Translations under genes and position numbers: made by a program
Shown: positions 10,448 through 20,616 of the stretch, in pieces
How the letters are laid out: every line of letters begins with the position of its first letter
Position numbering within the stretch: the stretch's first letter is position 1
The notes under the pieces: model-generated
Told to the model about the DNA's origin: nothing
Seen by the model: only the letters and a program-made list of their open reading frames with translations
The model's database searches: none
Virus record (IMG/VR): IMGVR_UViG_3300045141_000130
Location: 9,358-73,357 of that record
DNA: 64,000 nt
Strand: one strand, 5' to 3'
Source of the DNA: a virus

Positions 10448-10825
10448 CTAGAAGCTGACGGCGATGTCGCCCACCGCCACCCGCACCTGGCCGTAGGGCG
10501 CGGTCGTCAACGGTGTCGCCAACTGGATGACGTAGATGGCGTGCCCGCCGGACAGGGCCGTCCACACCGCGAAGTAGGGGATGGCGGCCGGGAGCAGGCC
10601 GGTGAACACCTGGGCGTTGACGCTGACCTTGGACCGGCTCGCCGACGCCGCGAACGAGATCGGCTGACGTGCGTACCCGCCGCCCACCAGTTCGGAGGAG
10701 GGGCTGCCCAGCGGGCTGGGGTCGTCGGTGTTCAGGCCCAGCCAGGTGGGCGCCTGCAGGGCCGCCTCCAAGGCGGTGTTGGCGCCCCAGTTGGTCAGAT
10801 AGCCGACGACCGTGGGTGTGGTCAT
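10448..10825 (-). CDS. Minor tail/fibre-associated protein
   Basis: True start MTTPTVVGY. The WLGLNTDDP..ELVGGGYARQPISF motif is typical of small siphovirus tail proteins. Paralogous to 14265-14687. Confidence 0.7.
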   Translation of the reverse strand: MTTPTVVGYLTNWGANTALEAALQAPTWLGLNTDDPSPLGSPSSELVGGGYARQPISFAASASRSKVSVNAQVFTGLLPAAIPYFAVWTALSGGHAIYVIQLATPLTTAPYGQVRVAVGDIAVSF

Positions 10826-13044
10826 CCCTCGCTCCCGGTGATCTGGTGGAAGAGGCGGCCCATGAAGTAGACCGTCTGCGGTGCGGGGCTCGGCGGTGCG
10901 GCACCGGCCGGGATCTGACAGAAGAACATCGCCCAGACCTGCAGGGCGTCGTCGCTGACCGTGCCGACCGGGGCCTGCGGGTCGTACTCCAGGTTGTTGT
11001 TGTCGGTCTTGTCGTAGTTCCAGGACAGGGCGTCCACCAGCAGTCCGGTGGGCTGGCCGCCGTCGGCCTCGCTGCCCGGGGAGAACCCGGCGCCGTTGTA
11101 GTGGGTGTTGCTCCGGTTGCCCCAGCCGACGATCAGGCTCTGCGGCGGCCCGAGCGTGGAACCGGGCGGCCACTCCTGGCCGGTGGAGGGGTCGACGGAC
11201 TCGAAGGCGTTGTCGATGAACGGGTCGGGCCCCAGCGCCGACGTGCCCTCCGGCATGTCGTCGGTGGTGACGTCCAGGTTGTAGATCGAGACGTGGTAGC
11301 GGGTCTTGAGCACGTTGCCGTACTTGTCGTAGAGGGCGAACTCGGTGCGGCTTATAGCGCCCTTTAGCGAGACTCGGATCGGGATCGGCCCCGCCCAGCA
11401 GCCTTCGTTGGTGGAGGCCTGCGCGGTGACCTTGACGTAGTACTCCGGGTAGTACACCGGGGGCCGCAGCTTGGTGAAGGCCGCGTAGGGGAACAGCAGG
11501 TTCGCGGGCCGGGCGACGTGGAAGTCGCGGGAGGGCCGCGGCACGTAGCCGCACCCGGCAGTGTCGTCCCACGGTGCCTGCATGTCGGGCACCTGGACGG
11601 ACTGCTTGTTGACCTGCAGCATCTTGACCGGCGTCAACGGGTCCCGGGTGCGGTTGATGGCCTCCTGCACGGTGAGCAAGTCCCGGTAGCGGGTATCGAC
11701 GGTGAGCGTCACAGTCCCGGCCTCGGGCGACACGCTGACCTCGGCGATGTGGAGCCGAACACCTCTGACACCTGAGCCCAGGAAGCCTTGGAGCACCATC
11801 GTCATCCCCGCCCTGACCTGCCAGCGCGACAGGCTGGCGCTGGGATCGGTGGCCAGGGTGACGCTGCCGGTCCAGCCCGGGTCCCGGTCGCGGGCCAGGA
11901 AGATCTGGGCCAGGCCGGTGGCGTCGGCCTGGCTGATGCCGGACTCGAACTTGGCGTTCACCTCGGTGACGAAGGCACCGGGCACCAGCAGTGGGTTGCT
12001 GTCGTAGGGCCAGACCGCCGGGTCCGCGGCCAGCGGCGTGTAGTCGGTCCGCGTGCCGTCCACGCTGATCTGGTTGTTGTTCCAGACCACGCCGTGCAGG
12101 TCGGTGCCCTGGCCGTAGATGACGTTCCCGGCCTGGGTGGAGTCGCCGGACATCTGCACCTGCACCCCGGGGGTGCCGACCCAGACGGAGAAGTCGGGGG
12201 GCCGGGACCGGGCCCGCACATACAACTGCGGTTGGCGGCCCATCGCGCTGTTGATCGTCCACGCATCGCCGGGCTGCACCGCGTCCCCATCACCCGGTCG
12301 GGTGATCATGCTGCCGAGCATGTCCTGGATGTAGCTGGTCAGCGAGGCGTCCCATGAGCCGGTGGAGCGAGACACGTACTCCGTCCAGTTCGCACCCGAA
12401 GGGATGACGGGGGCGTAGACCGCTGGGCTGGCGTCGGTGTACGGCGGTGCGGTGCGGGTCCAGCCGTCCGGCCAGATGACCTGCAGCGGCTGGGTGCGCA
12501 GGTTGGGCCGCCTGGTGTGGTCGAACTCCTGCGCGATCAGCGCCTCGATCGGCCACGGCCGGGCCGGGTAGAACGGCTTGGACTGGTAGCGGTCAAGCTG
12601 GAAGGTCGCCCCCTGGCACTGCACCTCGAAGCCGTCGTCGGAGAAGTCCATGGAGGCGATGAAGCCCTCCCAGACCTTGATCGCCCCGGCGTAAGGGTTC
12701 TGCACCGACCTGGTGTTGGTGATCGGGTCGAACACCCTGTCGGCGGGGGCGGTCGCACCGTCGGCGGGGATCGAGGGCGACCAGTAGACGTCGATGTCGG
12801 AGAAGAAGCGCAGCCAACGGCGCAACTCGATGGAGGTCGGGTCGTCCATCAGCGTGATGCCACCGAACTTCAGCACCGCGGTGGAATCACCGAACGGGTC
12901 CGCGTTGGAGTAGCTCTCCAGCACCGTCTGCACACCGCGCACCTGCGTGATGTCGACGTTGGCACCTTCCAGGCCGTGACCGGTGGCACTGATGAGGAAC
13001 CGGCCCGATCCGGGCCGGTCCTCGGAGAAGGTCCAGAGACCCAT
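10822..13044 (-). CDS. Minor tail protein (hub/Tal-like)
   Basis: True start MGLWTFSEDR (ATG 13044 overlapping the upstream TGA). 740 aa, beta-rich, in the tail cluster. Confidence 0.7.
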   Translation of the reverse strand: MGLWTFSEDRPGSGRFLISATGHGLEGANVDITQVRGVQTVLESYSNADPFGDSTAVLKFGGITLMDDPTSIELRRWLRFFSDIDVYWSPSIPADGATAPADRVFDPITNTRSVQNPYAGAIKVWEGFIASMDFSDDGFEVQCQGATFQLDRYQSKPFYPARPWPIEALIAQEFDHTRRPNLRTQPLQVIWPDGWTRTAPPYTDASPAVYAPVIPSGANWTEYVSRSTGSWDASLTSYIQDMLGSMITRPGDGDAVQPGDAWTINSAMGRQPQLYVRARSRPPDFSVWVGTPGVQVQMSGDSTQAGNVIYGQGTDLHGVVWNNNQISVDGTRTDYTPLAADPAVWPYDSNPLLVPGAFVTEVNAKFESGISQADATGLAQIFLARDRDPGWTGSVTLATDPSASLSRWQVRAGMTMVLQGFLGSGVRGVRLHIAEVSVSPEAGTVTLTVDTRYRDLLTVQEAINRTRDPLTPVKMLQVNKQSVQVPDMQAPWDDTAGCGYVPRPSRDFHVARPANLLFPYAAFTKLRPPVYYPEYYVKVTAQASTNEGCWAGPIPIRVSLKGAISRTEFALYDKYGNVLKTRYHVSIYNLDVTTDDMPEGTSALGPDPFIDNAFESVDPSTGQEWPPGSTLGPPQSLIVGWGNRSNTHYNGAGFSPGSEADGGQPTGLLVDALSWNYDKTDNNNLEYDPQAPVGTVSDDALQVWAMFFCQIPAGAAPPSPAPQTVYFMGRLFHQITGSEG

Positions 13045-14264
13045 CACTTGCCCTTGTAGGCGTCGAACTTGAACGAACTGGACAGCTGCGCGTACTGGTC
13101 GGCCATGTCGGACTCGGTCAGCGCCCGGTGCCAGAAGCGCATCTCGAAGACGTACATCTCGCAGCCCAGGTCCGGCGACAGCCACCCGTTGCGCCGCCCC
13201 AGGACGTAGTACCGGTGCTGGAAGCCGGTACCGCCCGCCACGGTGCCGTGCACCACCTGGGCGATGTCGGTGCCCTTCACCCACAGCATCGACTTGTTGC
13301 CGTTGTAGACCATCCCGTACATCCGTGGGGCCAGCAGCAGCGCCTTCGGTGGCAGCTGGAAGAACACCCCGTAGCCCTGGTTCTGGTTGACCGCGGTGTT
13401 CATCGAGGCGGTGGTCTGCCCGGCGACGCTCAAGGTGGTGCGGTAGGCCAGCCCGTCGTTGACGGTCAGCGGGTCGCCGAGCATCGACTCCTTGTAGGCC
13501 GGGGCGCCGGGGATGGTGATCGGGTTCTTGCCGCTGTCCAGGATGGTGTGCAGGCTGTTCGCGTCGTCGCACTGCATCGCCACGATGACCCAGGTGAACG
13601 GCTGCGCCACGACGGCGCCCATGTCCAGCCACATGTGGGCGTCCGACGCCATGGAGAAGTGCACCCCGGCCGGGTGCTTGTACGTCTGGCCGCTGACGGT
13701 GACGACGTCGCGGGCCGCCACGACGGGCTTGAACGGCGTCGCCGACTTCCACGGCGGGCCCCCGGTGGACAGGTCCGCGTCCCACTGCAGGCAGTTCAGC
13801 CCGTTCGCGCCGTTCGGGTAGTTGACCGAGTCGTCGTTGGGGTCCAGGTCGCCCAGCAGGTACATGCCGTCGGTGAAGGCCGGGAGCGAGTTCGGATCGG
13901 GCAGCGTGTAGACCGTCCAGCGCATGTCCCCCACCCCGGAGGCGGGAGGCGGGAACTTCCAGGTACCGCTGTCCGAGTTCCACTCCGGGTTCGGGTCGGC
14001 CCTGACGTAGATGTGGTTCGGATCCCCCTGGGTCGCCTTGGCCGTCGTCGGCAGCACGGCCGAATAGGCCGGTGTGGTGGGCACGCCACGCACCACGACC
14101 GGCTGGTCGTCGGCGGTCAGCACCACCGTCGGGGTGGCCCGCAGGTCCAGCGGCAGTGGCAGCAGCGGCTCGGTGAAGCGTTCGGAGGTGTCGCTGTAGA
14201 GCCGCCCGGCGACCCCGAAGTGGACAGGGATCGGTGCGTTGCCGAGGTCGACGGGATTGGTCAC
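13044..14264 (-). CDS. Minor tail protein with LamG/concanavalin-like C-terminus
   Basis: The C-terminal MYVFEMRFWHRALTESDM resembles the end of a LamG fold. Tail context. Confidence 0.6.
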   Translation of the reverse strand: MTNPVDLGNAPIPVHFGVAGRLYSDTSERFTEPLLPLPLDLRATPTVVLTADDQPVVVRGVPTTPAYSAVLPTTAKATQGDPNHIYVRADPNPEWNSDSGTWKFPPPASGVGDMRWTVYTLPDPNSLPAFTDGMYLLGDLDPNDDSVNYPNGANGLNCLQWDADLSTGGPPWKSATPFKPVVAARDVVTVSGQTYKHPAGVHFSMASDAHMWLDMGAVVAQPFTWVIVAMQCDDANSLHTILDSGKNPITIPGAPAYKESMLGDPLTVNDGLAYRTTLSVAGQTTASMNTAVNQNQGYGVFFQLPPKALLLAPRMYGMVYNGNKSMLWVKGTDIAQVVHGTVAGGTGFQHRYYVLGRRNGWLSPDLGCEMYVFEMRFWHRALTESDMADQYAQLSSSFKFDAYKGK

Positions 14265-14687
14265 CTAACCGCCCAACGGCATGGTGAGCACCAGGGCCCC
14301 AGGCGGGAAGTCCACCGCGATGTCCTGCACCACGTTCTGCGGGTTGCGTAGCTCCCCGAAGGCGTACAGGTTCCCGGCCCCGGCGTTGCTGCACACGATG
14401 ACGTGTGTCAGGTAGCCCCAGTCGGCGGAGGGACGGGGGAACAGGACCTGCGTGGCGTTGGACAGCACGCCGTTGGAGTCGACGCTCCAGTAGTTGGTGC
14501 CGGTGCTCATCACCTGGCGCTGATAGCCGCCGCCCTGCGGTTCGATCGCCATCACCGTGGTGCCGTCGTAGGACGACAGCGGTGCCGCGCTGGTCAGACC
14601 GATCCAGTACTGGGTGGGTGCGACGCCGATGCCGAACAGCTGCGGCAGCCACACCCCGGCGGCATAGGTGGTGATCCCGTTGGGCAT
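14265..14687 (-). CDS. Minor tail/fibre-associated protein
   Basis: YWIGLTSAAP..EPQGGGYQRQ..NATQVLFP..ADWG motif. Paralog of 10448-10825. Confidence 0.7.
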   Translation of the reverse strand: MPNGITTYAAGVWLPQLFGIGVAPTQYWIGLTSAAPLSSYDGTTVMAIEPQGGGYQRQVMSTGTNYWSVDSNGVLSNATQVLFPRPSADWGYLTHVIVCSNAGAGNLYAFGELRNPQNVVQDIAVDFPPGALVLTMPLGG

Positions 14688-14688
14688 G

Positions 14689-15132
14689 TCAGACGCCGAC
14701 CGCGGCTACCGGCCGCCTCGGCACTGTCAGCTGGACCTGGCCCTGCGCGGCCACCAGGCGGGGCGTCGTCCACATCAGGTTGGTGTAATCGGCCGCCTCG
14801 CAGTTGTAGATCCACAACTCGCCATCGACCCTGATTGTCATCGTGTAGGCGTCCTGGCAGAACGCCTCGATCAGGGTCTGGACGTAGTCCTTCAGGGTGG
14901 CCATGTCGGGGGCCATGATCTCGACGGCGAGCGGCTCCATCACCGTGCCGCGCCTACGGGAGGTGGTGGTGTCACCGTCGACCCAGCGGCTGGACACGGT
15001 CTGCCGGTCCCAGGACACCGAGGCGCCCAGGAACGGGGTGGCGGCCAGGTAGTACGGCGAGACCGCGATGTCCAGCGGCTGCAGCGCCAGTGCGTCCCGG
15101 TTGATCACTACTGACAGGTCGATGTCAGCCAT
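14689..15132 (-). CDS. Minor tail protein (distal-tail-like)
   Basis: About 147 aa, with a WDRQTVSSRWVDG segment like Dit-type proteins. Context. Confidence 0.5.
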   Translation of the reverse strand: MADIDLSVVINRDALALQPLDIAVSPYYLAATPFLGASVSWDRQTVSSRWVDGDTTTSRRRGTVMEPLAVEIMAPDMATLKDYVQTLIEAFCQDAYTMTIRVDGELWIYNCEAADYTNLMWTTPRLVAAQGQVQLTVPRRPVAAVGV

Positions 15133-15328
15133 CACCCACCGCTCTCGGCTTGCGGTGCGGGGTGTTCTCCTCGGCCTGTGCCGCCAGGGCCCGGCGCAGC
15201 GCGGCGTTGAGCGCCTCCAACTCGGCGTTGCGGCGCATCAGCGCGGCGATCTGCTGCGCGCTGATGTTGGACTGCGCGTTCAGCAGGTCCTGGACGTCGA
15301 TCTTCAGGTCGTCGTCGGGCATGGTCAT
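15125..15328 (-). CDS. Hypothetical small coiled-coil protein
   Basis: 67-aa ORF coupled to its neighbours, GAAGGTG upstream. Confidence 0.6.
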   Translation of the reverse strand: MTMPDDDLKIDVQDLLNAQSNISAQQIAALMRRNAELEALNAALRRALAAQAEENTPHRKPRAVGDG

Positions 15329-15789
15329 GCTTCACCTTCCGGATCTGGGTGGTCGTCTGTGACGAGGTGCGGCACCCGGACCGGTGGTTCGGCCCGGGGG
15401 TTGTCGACCTCGTACCGCCGCGCCCGAACGAAGGCGGCGAACTGCCGGTCGTCCTCCTCCTGTCGTTTGACCGCGGTCTGACTGGCCAACAAGGCCTCGG
15501 CTGCCTCGACTCGCGCAAGCACCTTGGCGACGACGGTCAGCACCGCATCACGGATCATCCCGTCGCCGATGACCGTCTCGTCGGCGCCTGGCTTGTAGCC
15601 TTCATCGTTGGCAATCGCATCAGCCGCCTTTGCCCATGCCCCCTCCCAGCCGGAGGTGGAGCAGATGCGCCAGATGTTGTCCTCCACGAAGCCCAGCACG
15701 CCGTCATCCTGTTCGGCCGCAACGCAGGCGACAATGCGCATCCGCAGATCCCAGTCGCCCACCATGGCGACGATGTCGGAGTAACTCAT
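15325..15789 (-). CDS. Conserved actinophage protein following the tail fibre (fibre-assembly candidate)
   Basis: True start MSYSDIVAM (ATGA overlap). Pattern MRIVACVAAE...PGADETVIGDGMIRDAV. Confidence 0.65.
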   Translation of the reverse strand: MSYSDIVAMVGDWDLRMRIVACVAAEQDDGVLGFVEDNIWRICSTSGWEGAWAKAADAIANDEGYKPGADETVIGDGMIRDAVLTVVAKVLARVEAAEALLASQTAVKRQEEDDRQFAAFVRARRYEVDNPRAEPPVRVPHLVTDDHPDPEGEA

Positions 15790-18700
15790 GCGTGCGCTCC
15801 CTCCAGGGCGGCCACCCGGGCCCGTAGCTCGTTGACCTCGTCGACCAGCCACTGGGTGTACCGGACGGTGTGGGCCATGATCGCAGGCTGCTGGATGGTC
15901 ATCGGCCTGCGATGCACGTCGTAGACGACGGTGTCCCGCAGACCGATCTTGTGCAGGTTCTCGGCGAGAAAGCCGGTGGACCGATCCCTGCCATTGGGGT
16001 GGCTGACCCGGACCGACATGGAGGCCAGGTTCGGCTTGTCCGACCAGGTCGAGGTCTCGATCGCCATGAACGCCGGGTCGAGGTCCAGGCTCTTGACCTT
16101 GGACTTGTACCGGCCGGAACTGGTGTAAGCGCCCACGTATCCGGCACCCGTGAGGGAGACGTACAGCTGCCCGTACCCGGCAATGGCCGGTACGGAGGAG
16201 TCCCGCAAGGCGGCAGAGGTGATCGACCCCTGGGCGCCGGTACCGTTGGCGACCTGGAACTGTCCGCCGCCGTTGTGGCTGTTGTAGCCGAACCACACCG
16301 AGTCGGAGGAGGTGTAACCGCGCAGCGTGACGTCGTTGGATGCGGTGTAGGCGTACAGCAGCCCGCGAAGGTTGCCGCCGGACCAGACCTGGATCTCGTC
16401 ACCGACCAGCACGATCCGGTTCGGACCGGTCGAGGTTTCGAGATAACCGTTGCCGATGCCGATGCTCGGGCTGTTGTAGGCCCCGCCACCCCAGGACGAC
16501 CCGGGGTTGTTGACGTTGCCCCCGCTCGCGTTGACGCCGTTGATCGTGCCGGTGATGATGCCGTTGAAGCTGCCGGTGGCGGCGGAGATGCTGCCACTGA
16601 AGCTGCCGTCGGCAGCGGTGAGGGTGCCGCCGAAGGTGCCATCCGCGGCGGTGATCGAGCCGGTGAAGTGGGCGCTGCCGTTGGAGGCGTACAGCGCCAC
16701 GTTGGGCGTCGACCCGGTGCTCGGATAGAGGAACAGGCCGGTGCTGGAGAGCACCACTCGGGCACCACTGGTGTCGGTCTTGAAGTTGATGCCCGCGGTC
16801 GCCGACCAGCTGGATAGGGCCACACCGCCCAGGTAGTGGGTGATCCCGGCATCGGCCATCTCGATGCGACTGGTACCGGAACTGGTGCGGACCACCGCGC
16901 CGGTGATCGTGGAGGTGGTGTCGATCGTGGAGCCGATGATCGCGGAGGCGGTCAGCGTCCCGATCATGGTGACGCTGCCGCTCTTGAAGTCGATCTGGAA
17001 CGGGATGATCCAGTTACCGGAGGAGTTCTTCTTCCCGCTGTAGAACCGGAAGTAGTTGAGGGAGTCGATCAGAAGCCGAGGCTGGTCGTGACCGACATTG
17101 GCAGCGACCGTCATCTGCGGGTTGCTGTCGAGAGTGAACGATGCGTTCGTGGCGACCTTGTCGGCCTTGAACAACACCAGGGTCGAGCCGTACTGGTCCT
17201 GCACCCAGAGGTTTGCGACCTGCGTCGCCCCATCACCGGTGGTGTTCATCGAGATCCGCGGGTTGTCCCCGGACTTGCTGGTCTGGATCAGCGAACCGGT
17301 GATGGTGGACAGCGCGTCGATGTTGCTGGCGGTGATGGTCCCCCGGAAGATCGCATCCCCGGCGGCGTGCCCGCTGGCAGCCGCGGCATAGACCCCGAAG
17401 GTCATGTGGGTGCCGTCGTACATGAACAGACCGGCGTCGGACAGCACCCACCCGGCGTCGAAACTGTTGGTGCGCCCCGGCTTGCTGGTCAGCATGACGT
17501 AGGGGGAGTTCGCGGCCGGGACATTCGTGAGGGCGAAGACCGGACTGCCCTTGGTGTTGTACATCTGCAGGCCGGTGGAGTCCATGACCACCCGCATCCC
17601 GCTACTGCCGGTCTGCAGGTAGCTGGAGGCAGGAGTGGCGCCCGCGGTGAACTTCGAGCCGGAGAGGTCGCCCTGGAAGAAGGCGCTGCCGTCCTTGGTG
17701 ATCAAGTTGATCGTCGGCGGGGCGGCGGTGCCCTGGGAGCCGTAGAACCGGATCCCGGCAGTGTCAAGCTGCCATTTGGACACGGTGCCGCTGGCGCTCG
17801 ACTGGAAGGACATCGCGCCGGTGCCGAAGAGGAACTGGAACAGCGGTGGAGCCGGAAGCGCGTCCTTCTGCCAGATCATCTGGGTCGCACTCAACTCGAA
17901 ATACGGGGGGACCGGCTTGGCGCTCGGAATCGGGACCGGCGGGTCCACCGTCGTATCCATGGGCATGTTGACGGTGCGGATCACCCCGGCGTTGACAAGG
18001 AATGCGCTCAGCGCATCGGCCCGCATGTCCCCGGCTTGGATCGTCCCGGTCTTGATGTGCTTGCTGTAGATCGAGTCGACACCGATGTTGGTGGCGCTGA
18101 TCGCCCCGGCTGCGATCTCCCCGCTGGTGATCGTGCCCGCCTCGATGTGGTCGGCGGTGATCGCGCCGTCCACGATGAGTTGGCCGGTGCCCTTGCGCCG
18201 CACCCACACCGAGGCGATCTGGATCTCCTGACCCAGTGCCAGGTTGGTGACGATGATCGACGCCCGGCCCTGGAAGGAGCCGGTAGGCAGTGTCTGGGTG
18301 ACCGGGGTCCACGGCTTGGACGGGTCTGACGGCTTGGGGTTGCCGCTCTGGTCCGGGGAGATGCTGCCGTTCTGCCCCAGCGGCGTCGCCACCCCCTGCG
18401 CGTCGAACAGGATCGGCAGCTGCGTCCAGGTCGTCGGCTTGTCAGCGGCGAGGAAGGTCTTGGAGAAGAAGACCGTCTTCGGGGTGGACAGGGTCGGGTC
18501 CGGGCTGGTGCCGCCAGCCTTGAGGTCCACCTCCAGCGCGAACGTGACCGTGCCGGTGGTCGCGGCACCGATCTTGCGGACCCACAGCTGACCGAAGAAC
18601 TGGTCGGTGCTCAACGCCGGGAAGGTGCGGACGTTGCGGATGGTCTGCTTGCTGGCGCCGGACAGACCGATGACCGAGTACACGTAGCCGGTGGAGGCGT

Positions 18701-20180
18701 TCGCCGTCGGGTGGTCGGTGATGGAACGTCGACCGTTCAGCCCGGCCGGGGCCGCGTTCGGGTCGTTCCACCCGAGGGGCTTCCACGGCGGGCTCAGCGG
18801 CAGGCCCTTGACCCGGTTCGGCGGCTTGGCGGTGTCGAAGGTGTCGGGGCCGACCGGGATGGCCCCGTCGAACTCCGGCTCGTCACACAGGTTGGCCAGG
18901 TCGGCGACGATCAGCTTCGTGGAGTCGATCGAGTCGGCATGGATGCGGCCCGCGTCGATGTAGCCGGTGTTGAGGATGGCGGCGTCCACCGTGCCGAACA
19001 GGCCCACGTTGGACGTGATCGAGTTGGTGGCGATGATGTCCGGCGCCTGGATCAGCTTCGTGGCCAGCAACAGCTGGGTCTGCACCACGTCCGGCAACAG
19101 GTAGGGGGCCGAGATGGCGATATGCCCGGAGGTGGTGTCGGAGAAGGCGTCGTTGACGATCTTGTCCCGATAGGGGATCCAGTTCGCCAGCTTGGTCGGA
19201 TCGACCCCCTGCAGGACGTACGGGATGTTGTTGTCGTTCGGGTTGAACCACAGGTCGCCGATCACGGCATGGGAGTCAGGGCTGGTGCCGTAGAAGATGT
19301 GGTTGCCCGGCAACGCGCCGCCCGGCGGTGGCGCGTTGGCTGCTGCCTGATTGACCAGCGCCATCAGGTCGGCGTTCATCTGGTCGGTGGTGATCGACCC
19401 GTTGGTGATGCTGTCGCCGTCGATGGTGCCCACGGTGGCCGGATTCGAGCCGCCCGGGGCGCCCGGCTGATCCAGCACGTTGTAGGCGACCAGCCGGTAG
19501 TACCAGGTGTCGCCCGGGGTCAGCGGGCCGTCGTAGAGGTCCCCCGCGCCGAGCAGTGCGCCGACCGGGACGATGTCGGACGTGGTGAACGCGGCCGAGT
19601 GCGCCCGCTGCACCTCGCAGTACTGGAAGTCGGCGGGCATCGGGACACCGCCCACCGCCAGACCGTCCCACCGGACCCGGATGACGATGCCCTCCGGGTC
19701 CACCGCAGGGGTGGACGGCGTCAGCGGCGTCCCGGCTGCCGAACTGTTCGGCATGTCCACGACGACGATGTTGGAGAACGCCGAGACCTTGCCGTTGGCG
19801 GCGACGCAGCGCACCTTGAACTGCCAGGTCGAGTCCGGCGCATACCCTGCGACGACCGTCGAGCGGTCCGGGTAGTCCAGCACCGTGACCTGGGAGAAGG
19901 CGCCCGGGGTCCCGGCGCCGCCGTACTGGTAGAGGTGGCTGGTCGCCGGGGCCATCGCAGAACCGTCGGTGGCCGTGGTGGGCAGCACCCAGGTCAGCGT
20001 CACGGTGCCCAGATAGGCACCGGCCTGGTAGCGGACCCCGAGGTTGCTGGGGGTCAGCGTGACCGGGCCGCTGGGCACCCGGTTGTCGCTGCCACTGGTG
20101 CCACCGCCACCGCCGCTCTGGGTGTTGGCAGCGGTGACGGTGCTGACGGCCTGCGTGCCGACCCGGTTACGTGTGACCAA
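15786..20180 (-). CDS. Large tail fibre/central tail-tip protein with FN3 domains and C-terminal S74-type intramolecular chaperone
   Basis: 1464 aa. FN3-like repeats (TWQFKVRCV, TWYYRLVAYN), ITADHIEAGTIT repeats, and C-terminal TSSGRYKSKV..GFLAENL..VDEVNELRARVAALE. Confidence 0.82.
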   Translation of the reverse strand: MVTRNRVGTQAVSTVTAANTQSGGGGGTSGSDNRVPSGPVTLTPSNLGVRYQAGAYLGTVTLTWVLPTTATDGSAMAPATSHLYQYGGAGTPGAFSQVTVLDYPDRSTVVAGYAPDSTWQFKVRCVAANGKVSAFSNIVVVDMPNSSAAGTPLTPSTPAVDPEGIVIRVRWDGLAVGGVPMPADFQYCEVQRAHSAAFTTSDIVPVGALLGAGDLYDGPLTPGDTWYYRLVAYNVLDQPGAPGGSNPATVGTIDGDSITNGSITTDQMNADLMALVNQAAANAPPPGGALPGNHIFYGTSPDSHAVIGDLWFNPNDNNIPYVLQGVDPTKLANWIPYRDKIVNDAFSDTTSGHIAISAPYLLPDVVQTQLLLATKLIQAPDIIATNSITSNVGLFGTVDAAILNTGYIDAGRIHADSIDSTKLIVADLANLCDEPEFDGAIPVGPDTFDTAKPPNRVKGLPLSPPWKPLGWNDPNAAPAGLNGRRSITDHPTANASTGYVYSVIGLSGASKQTIRNVRTFPALSTDQFFGQLWVRKIGAATTGTVTFALEVDLKAGGTSPDPTLSTPKTVFFSKTFLAADKPTTWTQLPILFDAQGVATPLGQNGSISPDQSGNPKPSDPSKPWTPVTQTLPTGSFQGRASIIVTNLALGQEIQIASVWVRRKGTGQLIVDGAITADHIEAGTITSGEIAAGAISATNIGVDSIYSKHIKTGTIQAGDMRADALSAFLVNAGVIRTVNMPMDTTVDPPVPIPSAKPVPPYFELSATQMIWQKDALPAPPLFQFLFGTGAMSFQSSASGTVSKWQLDTAGIRFYGSQGTAAPPTINLITKDGSAFFQGDLSGSKFTAGATPASSYLQTGSSGMRVVMDSTGLQMYNTKGSPVFALTNVPAANSPYVMLTSKPGRTNSFDAGWVLSDAGLFMYDGTHMTFGVYAAAASGHAAGDAIFRGTITASNIDALSTITGSLIQTSKSGDNPRISMNTTGDGATQVANLWVQDQYGSTLVLFKADKVATNASFTLDSNPQMTVAANVGHDQPRLLIDSLNYFRFYSGKKNSSGNWIIPFQIDFKSGSVTMIGTLTASAIIGSTIDTTSTITGAVVRTSSGTSRIEMADAGITHYLGGVALSSWSATAGINFKTDTSGARVVLSSTGLFLYPSTGSTPNVALYASNGSAHFTGSITAADGTFGGTLTAADGSFSGSISAATGSFNGIITGTINGVNASGGNVNNPGSSWGGGAYNSPSIGIGNGYLETSTGPNRIVLVGDEIQVWSGGNLRGLLYAYTASNDVTLRGYTSSDSVWFGYNSHNGGGQFQVANGTGAQGSITSAALRDSSVPAIAGYGQLYVSLTGAGYVGAYTSSGRYKSKVKSLDLDPAFMAIETSTWSDKPNLASMSVRVSHPNGRDRSTGFLAENLHKIGLRDTVVYDVHRRPMTIQQPAIMAHTVRYTQWLVDEVNELRARVAALEGAHA

Positions 20181-20244
20181 GCGACACCACCTTCGGCAGG
20201 CTGGGAATCATCCAGACCATACCTTTGGTGATGAATGGCCTTCG

Positions 20245-20577
20245 CTATTCGGCGACCGGCCCCTCGACCACCACGGTGTCGTGACCCTCGACGACAGCGT
20301 CCTCGTCCTCCGCGGCGTTCGCCTCGTCGGAACGGATGGCGGCCTCGACGCCGACGGGGTTCTCCGGGTCGGGCTCTACGCCGGAGTCGTAGGCGGAGTA
20401 TCCGCCGATGTTCCGCGCCGTGATCTCGGGTGCCTCGGCGTCGTTGGCCTCGGCCTCATCGGCCTCCTTGGCCTCCAACTCCTCCTGCGTGAGTTCACCC
20501 TCCGCGCCGTAGACGACGGCGGTGCCCTCCTCGGCGGCCTTGCCCTGGGGCTCGTCCTTGCTGCTCTTGCTGGCCAT
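20245..20577 (-). CDS. Acidic hypothetical protein
   Basis: 110 aa, very E/D-rich, AAGGAG RBS. Confidence 0.65.
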   Translation of the reverse strand: MASKSSKDEPQGKAAEEGTAVVYGAEGELTQEELEAKEADEAEANDAEAPEITARNIGGYSAYDSGVEPDPENPVGVEAAIRSDEANAAEDEDAVVEGHDTVVVEGPVAE

Positions 20578-20616
20578 GTCTGGTCTCCTTCGTCCTTCGG
20601 TGGGGTGGGGCTCTGG